NCBI GenBank assembly: GCA_028534125.1
Contig: CM052818.1
Span: 42,038,001-42,102,000, forward strand
DNA: 64,000 nt
Direction: 5' to 3'
DNA from: Lama glama
Taxonomy: Eukaryota
Below, one piece after another: positions 60,296 to 64,000 of the stretch. The position numbers were made by a program, and so were the translations under genes. The notes under the pieces were generated by a model. It did no database searches and was not told where the DNA came from. It worked only from the letters and a program-made list of their open reading frames with translations. The first letter of the stretch is position 1, and each line of letters starts with the position of its first letter.

Positions 60296-62790
60296 TTTTT
60301 TTTTTTTTTTTTTGAATTGAAGTATAGTTGATTTACAATGTTGTGTTCATTTCAGGTGTACTGCAAAATGATTCAGTTATGTACATATATAACTTTTCCA
60401 TTATAGGTTATTACAAGGTACTGAATACAGTTCCCCGTGCTATACAGTAGGTCCTTGTTGTTTTTCTATCTTATATGTAGTGGTGTGTATGTATTAATCC
60501 CAAACTCCTAATTTATCCCTCCCCCCTTTCCCCTTTGATAACCACAGTTTGTTTTCTATGTCGGTGAGTCTATTTCTGGTCTGTAAATAAGTGTATTTGT
60601 ATCATTATTTTTAGACTCCACATATAAGTGATATCATGTGATATTTGTCTTTATCTGACTTACGTCACTTAATATGATCATCTGTAGATCCATCCATGTC
60701 ACTGCAAGTGGCATTATTTCATACTTTTTCATGGCTGAGTAAATTTCATTGTATATATATCACATCTTTATCCAGTCATCAGTCGGTGGACATTTAGTTT
60801 GCTTCCGTGTATTGGCTATTGTGAACAGTGCTGCTATGAACATTGGGGTGCATGTGTCTTTTCATATTAGAGTTTTCTCTGGATATATGCCTAGGAGTTT
60901 TAAGGAAACTTCGTACTGTTTTCCACAGTGGCTGCACCAGTTTTCATTCCCATCAACAGTGTAAGAAGGTTACCTTTTCTCCACACCCTCTCCAGCTTTC
61001 ATTTGTAGACTTTTTAACAATGGCCATTCTGACTGGTGGAAGGTGATGCCTCTTTGTAGTTTTGATTTGCGTTTCTCTAATAACTAACGATGTTGAACAT
61101 CTTTTCTTGTGTTTATTGGCTATCCATATATCTTCTTTGGAGAAATGTCTATTTAGGTCTTCTGCCCATTTATTGATTGGATTGTTTGGGTTTTTTTGAT
61201 ATTAAGCTGTATGAGCTGTTTGTATATATTGGAAATTAATCCCTTGTAGGTCACATCGTTTGCAGATATTTTCTACCATTCTGTAGGTTGCCTTTGCATT
61301 TTGTTTACAGTTTCCTTTGCTGTGCAAAATCTTTTAAGTTTAACTAGGTCCCATTTGTTTATTTTTGCTCTTATTTCGTTACTCTAGGAGATGCGTCCAA
61401 AAAAACATTGCTGCGATTTATGTCTAAGAGTGTTTCTACTTATGTTTTCCTCTAGGAGTTTTAGGTTATCTGGTCTTACATTTAGGTCTTTAATTTATTT
61501 TGAGTTTATTTTTGTATATGGTGTTAGGGAATGTTCTAATTACATTGCTTTCCGTGTAGCTGTCCACTTTTACCAGCACCACTTATTGAAGAGACTGTCT
61601 TTTCTCCACTGTATATTCTTGCCTCCTTTCTCATAGACTGATTGACCATATGTGCCCGGGTTTATTTCTGGGCTTTCTAACCTGTTCCATTGATCTATGT
61701 GTTTGTACCAGTACCATACTGTTTTGATCACTGAAGCTTTGTAGTATAGTCTGAAGTCAGGGAGCCTGAGTCCTCCAGCTCCAGTCTTCTTTCTCAAGAT
61801 TGTTTTGGCTATTCTTTTGTGTTTCCATACAAATTTAAAAAATTTTTGTTCCAGTTCTGTGAAAAATGTCATTGGTATTTTGATAAGGACTGCACTGAAT
61901 CTGAAGATTGCCTTGGGTAGTATGGCCATTTTAACAACGTTGATTCTTCTAATCCAGGAACATGGTATATCTTTCCATCTGTTTGTGTCATCTTCAATTT
62001 CTTTAATCAGTGTCATAATTTTCAGAGTACAGGTCTTTTGCCCCCTTAAGTAAGTTTATTCCTAGGTATTTCATTCTTTATGATGTGATGGTAAATGGAA
62101 TTGTTTCTTTCATTTCTTTTTCTGATATTTCATTGTTAATATATAGAAATGCAACAGATTTCTACATATTGATTATGTATCCTGCAACTTTGCCAGATTC
62201 GTTGATGAGCTATAGTAGTTTTCTGAAAGCATCTTTAGGATTTTCTGTGTATTATATCATATCTTCTGCAAACAGTGACAATTTTACTTCTTCTTTTCCA
62301 ATTTAGTTTCCTTTTATTTCTTTTTCTTCTCTGATTGCTATGGCTAGCACTTAACAAAACTATGCTGAATAAAAATGGTGAGAGTGGGCATCCTTGTCTT
62401 GTTCCTGATCTTAGAAGAAATCCTTTCAGCTTTTCCTCACTGAGTGTGATGTTAGCTGTGGATTTGTCCTGTATGGCCTTTATTATGTTGAGATATGTTT
62501 TCTCCGTGCCCAGCTTCTGAAGAGTTTTTATCATAAATGGATGTTGAATTTTAACAATTTTTTTTCTGCGTCTATTGAGATGATAGTATGGTTTTTATTC
62601 TTCAGTTTGTTAATGTAATGTATCACATTGATTGACTTTCAGATATTAAAAAATCCTTAGATTCCTGAGATAAATCTCATTTGATCATGGTGTAGGATCC
62701 TTTTAATGCATTACTGAATTTGGTTTGCTAGTATTTTGTTGAGGATTTTTGCATCTATGTTCATCAAAGATGTTGGTCTGTAATATTCTT
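60296..62790 (-). mobile_element. 5'-truncated L1 (3' UTR plus frameshifted ORF2 RT and C-terminus)
   Basis: poly-T tail from ~60296; ORF fragments [27 protein letters not shown] (61570-62016) and [18 protein letters not shown] (62235-62534); no clear TSD seen. Confidence 0.96.
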
Positions 62791-62834
62791 TTTAAATATA
62801 TTTTTAATATCAATTTTCTTTCTTAATACATCCC

Positions 62835-63435
62835 TTTAAAAAATAATATGGTAAAATTCATATAACATATAATTTACCATTTGAACCATTTTAGAGTGTA
62901 CAATTCAGTGGCATTTAGTATATTCATAATGTTGTACTATCTAGGTCCAGAACATTCTCATCACCCCAAAAAGAAGCCTCATGCCCATTAAGAAGCCACT
63001 ACCCATTTTCCTCTCTCTCTCCCAAACCCTGACAATCAATCTACTTTCCATCTCTATGGATTTGGCTACTCTGGGACATTTCAGTGGAATCATACAATAT
63101 GTGATTTTTTTTATGTGTCCTTCATTTTCATGTAACATAAAATTGTCAAGGTTCATCCATGGAACAACATGTACTTCATTCTGTTTTATGGCTGAATAAT
63201 GTTCCATTGTATGGATGGACCACATTTGGGTTATCCATTTATTAGCTGATGGACATTTGGGTTGTTTCTACCTTTTGGCTCTTGTGATTAATGCTGCTGT
63301 GAACTAGTGCAAGTTTTTGTTGAAACAGAACAATAAGAATTGTTTTCAATTCTTTTGGCAGAGACCTAGGAGGGGGATTGGTGGGTCATGTGCTAATTCT
63401 ACATTTAATTGACTGAGAAGACACCAGACTGTTTG
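62835..63435 (-). mobile_element. L1MB-like 3' end
   Basis: ggtaaaattcatataacatataatttaccatt...gtgtacaattcagtggcatttagtatattc...ccagaacattctcatcaccccaaaaagaa. Confidence 0.9.
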
Positions 63436-63589
63436 TATTGTTCTTTGTACCTGCTAGGAAGTGGAGGAACAAGGAGATATTTTTCATTCAAAATTTCCAG
63501 GTCTGAGAAGACACTGAATTGACATCCTCAAGGGAGAGAGAAGGCCAAGAGCTGATAATACTCTGCCCCAGGCACCTAATTCCTGTTTT

Positions 63590-63690
63590 GTCCTCATTTT
63601 ACAGACTGAGAAGCCAAAGGACTTATAATCACACCAAATACATGCTTCAGGGATTTAAAACCTGAATCTTCAGACCATGGAATAATTTGT
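63590..63690 (-). mobile_element. MIR SINE fragment
   Basis: tcctcattttacagactgagaagccaaagg...cagggatttaaaacctgaatctt. Confidence 0.6.
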
Positions 63691-64000
63691 ATCTTTCCAT
63701 CACCCCAGTGATGTGAGACTGGAGAAGAAATGGCATGAGTCCCCAGGGCCCTAAGAAGATCTTGACAACGTGTTAAATGACATCCCAAATAATGTCACAC
63801 AGCAGGGAAGTTGAGAGCCTGGTCAGTATCTGTCTGCTTTGACTCCCAGGGAGCCCGCAGGAGAGGGCACCCCGAAGTCCCCACTGGGCTGCAGCCAGGG
63901 AACAGCCAGCATTCCATTTACTCCCTTATTGGGAGAGGAGAGAGTGTGTTGGGGGAGGGGCAATTAGAAGAAAAGCAAAATACCTTAAACTGAAATGATT

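Noticed and set aside
1..64000. CRISPR arrays, prokaryotic operons or defence systems, rRNA, intact ERV genes
   Set aside because: The sequence is mammalian and repeat-rich; I saw no regularly spaced repeats, no gene-dense ORF layout, and no rRNA or gag/pol/env similarity.

Overview
Mammalian, fairly GC-rich, non-coding (intergenic or deep intronic) DNA. It is most likely camelid (alpaca/llama/camel), inferred from three tRNA-Ala-derived SINEs of the camelid Vic-1 type and lineage-type L1 3' UTRs. I found no supportable host protein-coding gene. The only ORFs with recognisable homology are broken LINE-1 ORF2 fragments. The window is a mosaic of ancient repeats (MIR, L2, L3/CR1, L1M, MaLR MLT1 LTRs, a MER74-like LTR, Tigger1, MER20, MER3, MER58) and younger L1s and SINEs, several with readable target-site duplications (TSDs) and nesting order. 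The most unusual object is a short minus-strand element at ~42796-43298 that joins an L1-like 5' end directly to an L1 3' UTR inside an apparent TSD, resembling a spliced or internally deleted L1 retrocopy. I see no evidence for a wholly new biological system. Repeat subfamily names come from recalled consensus sequences, not a search, and boundaries of old repeats are approximate.
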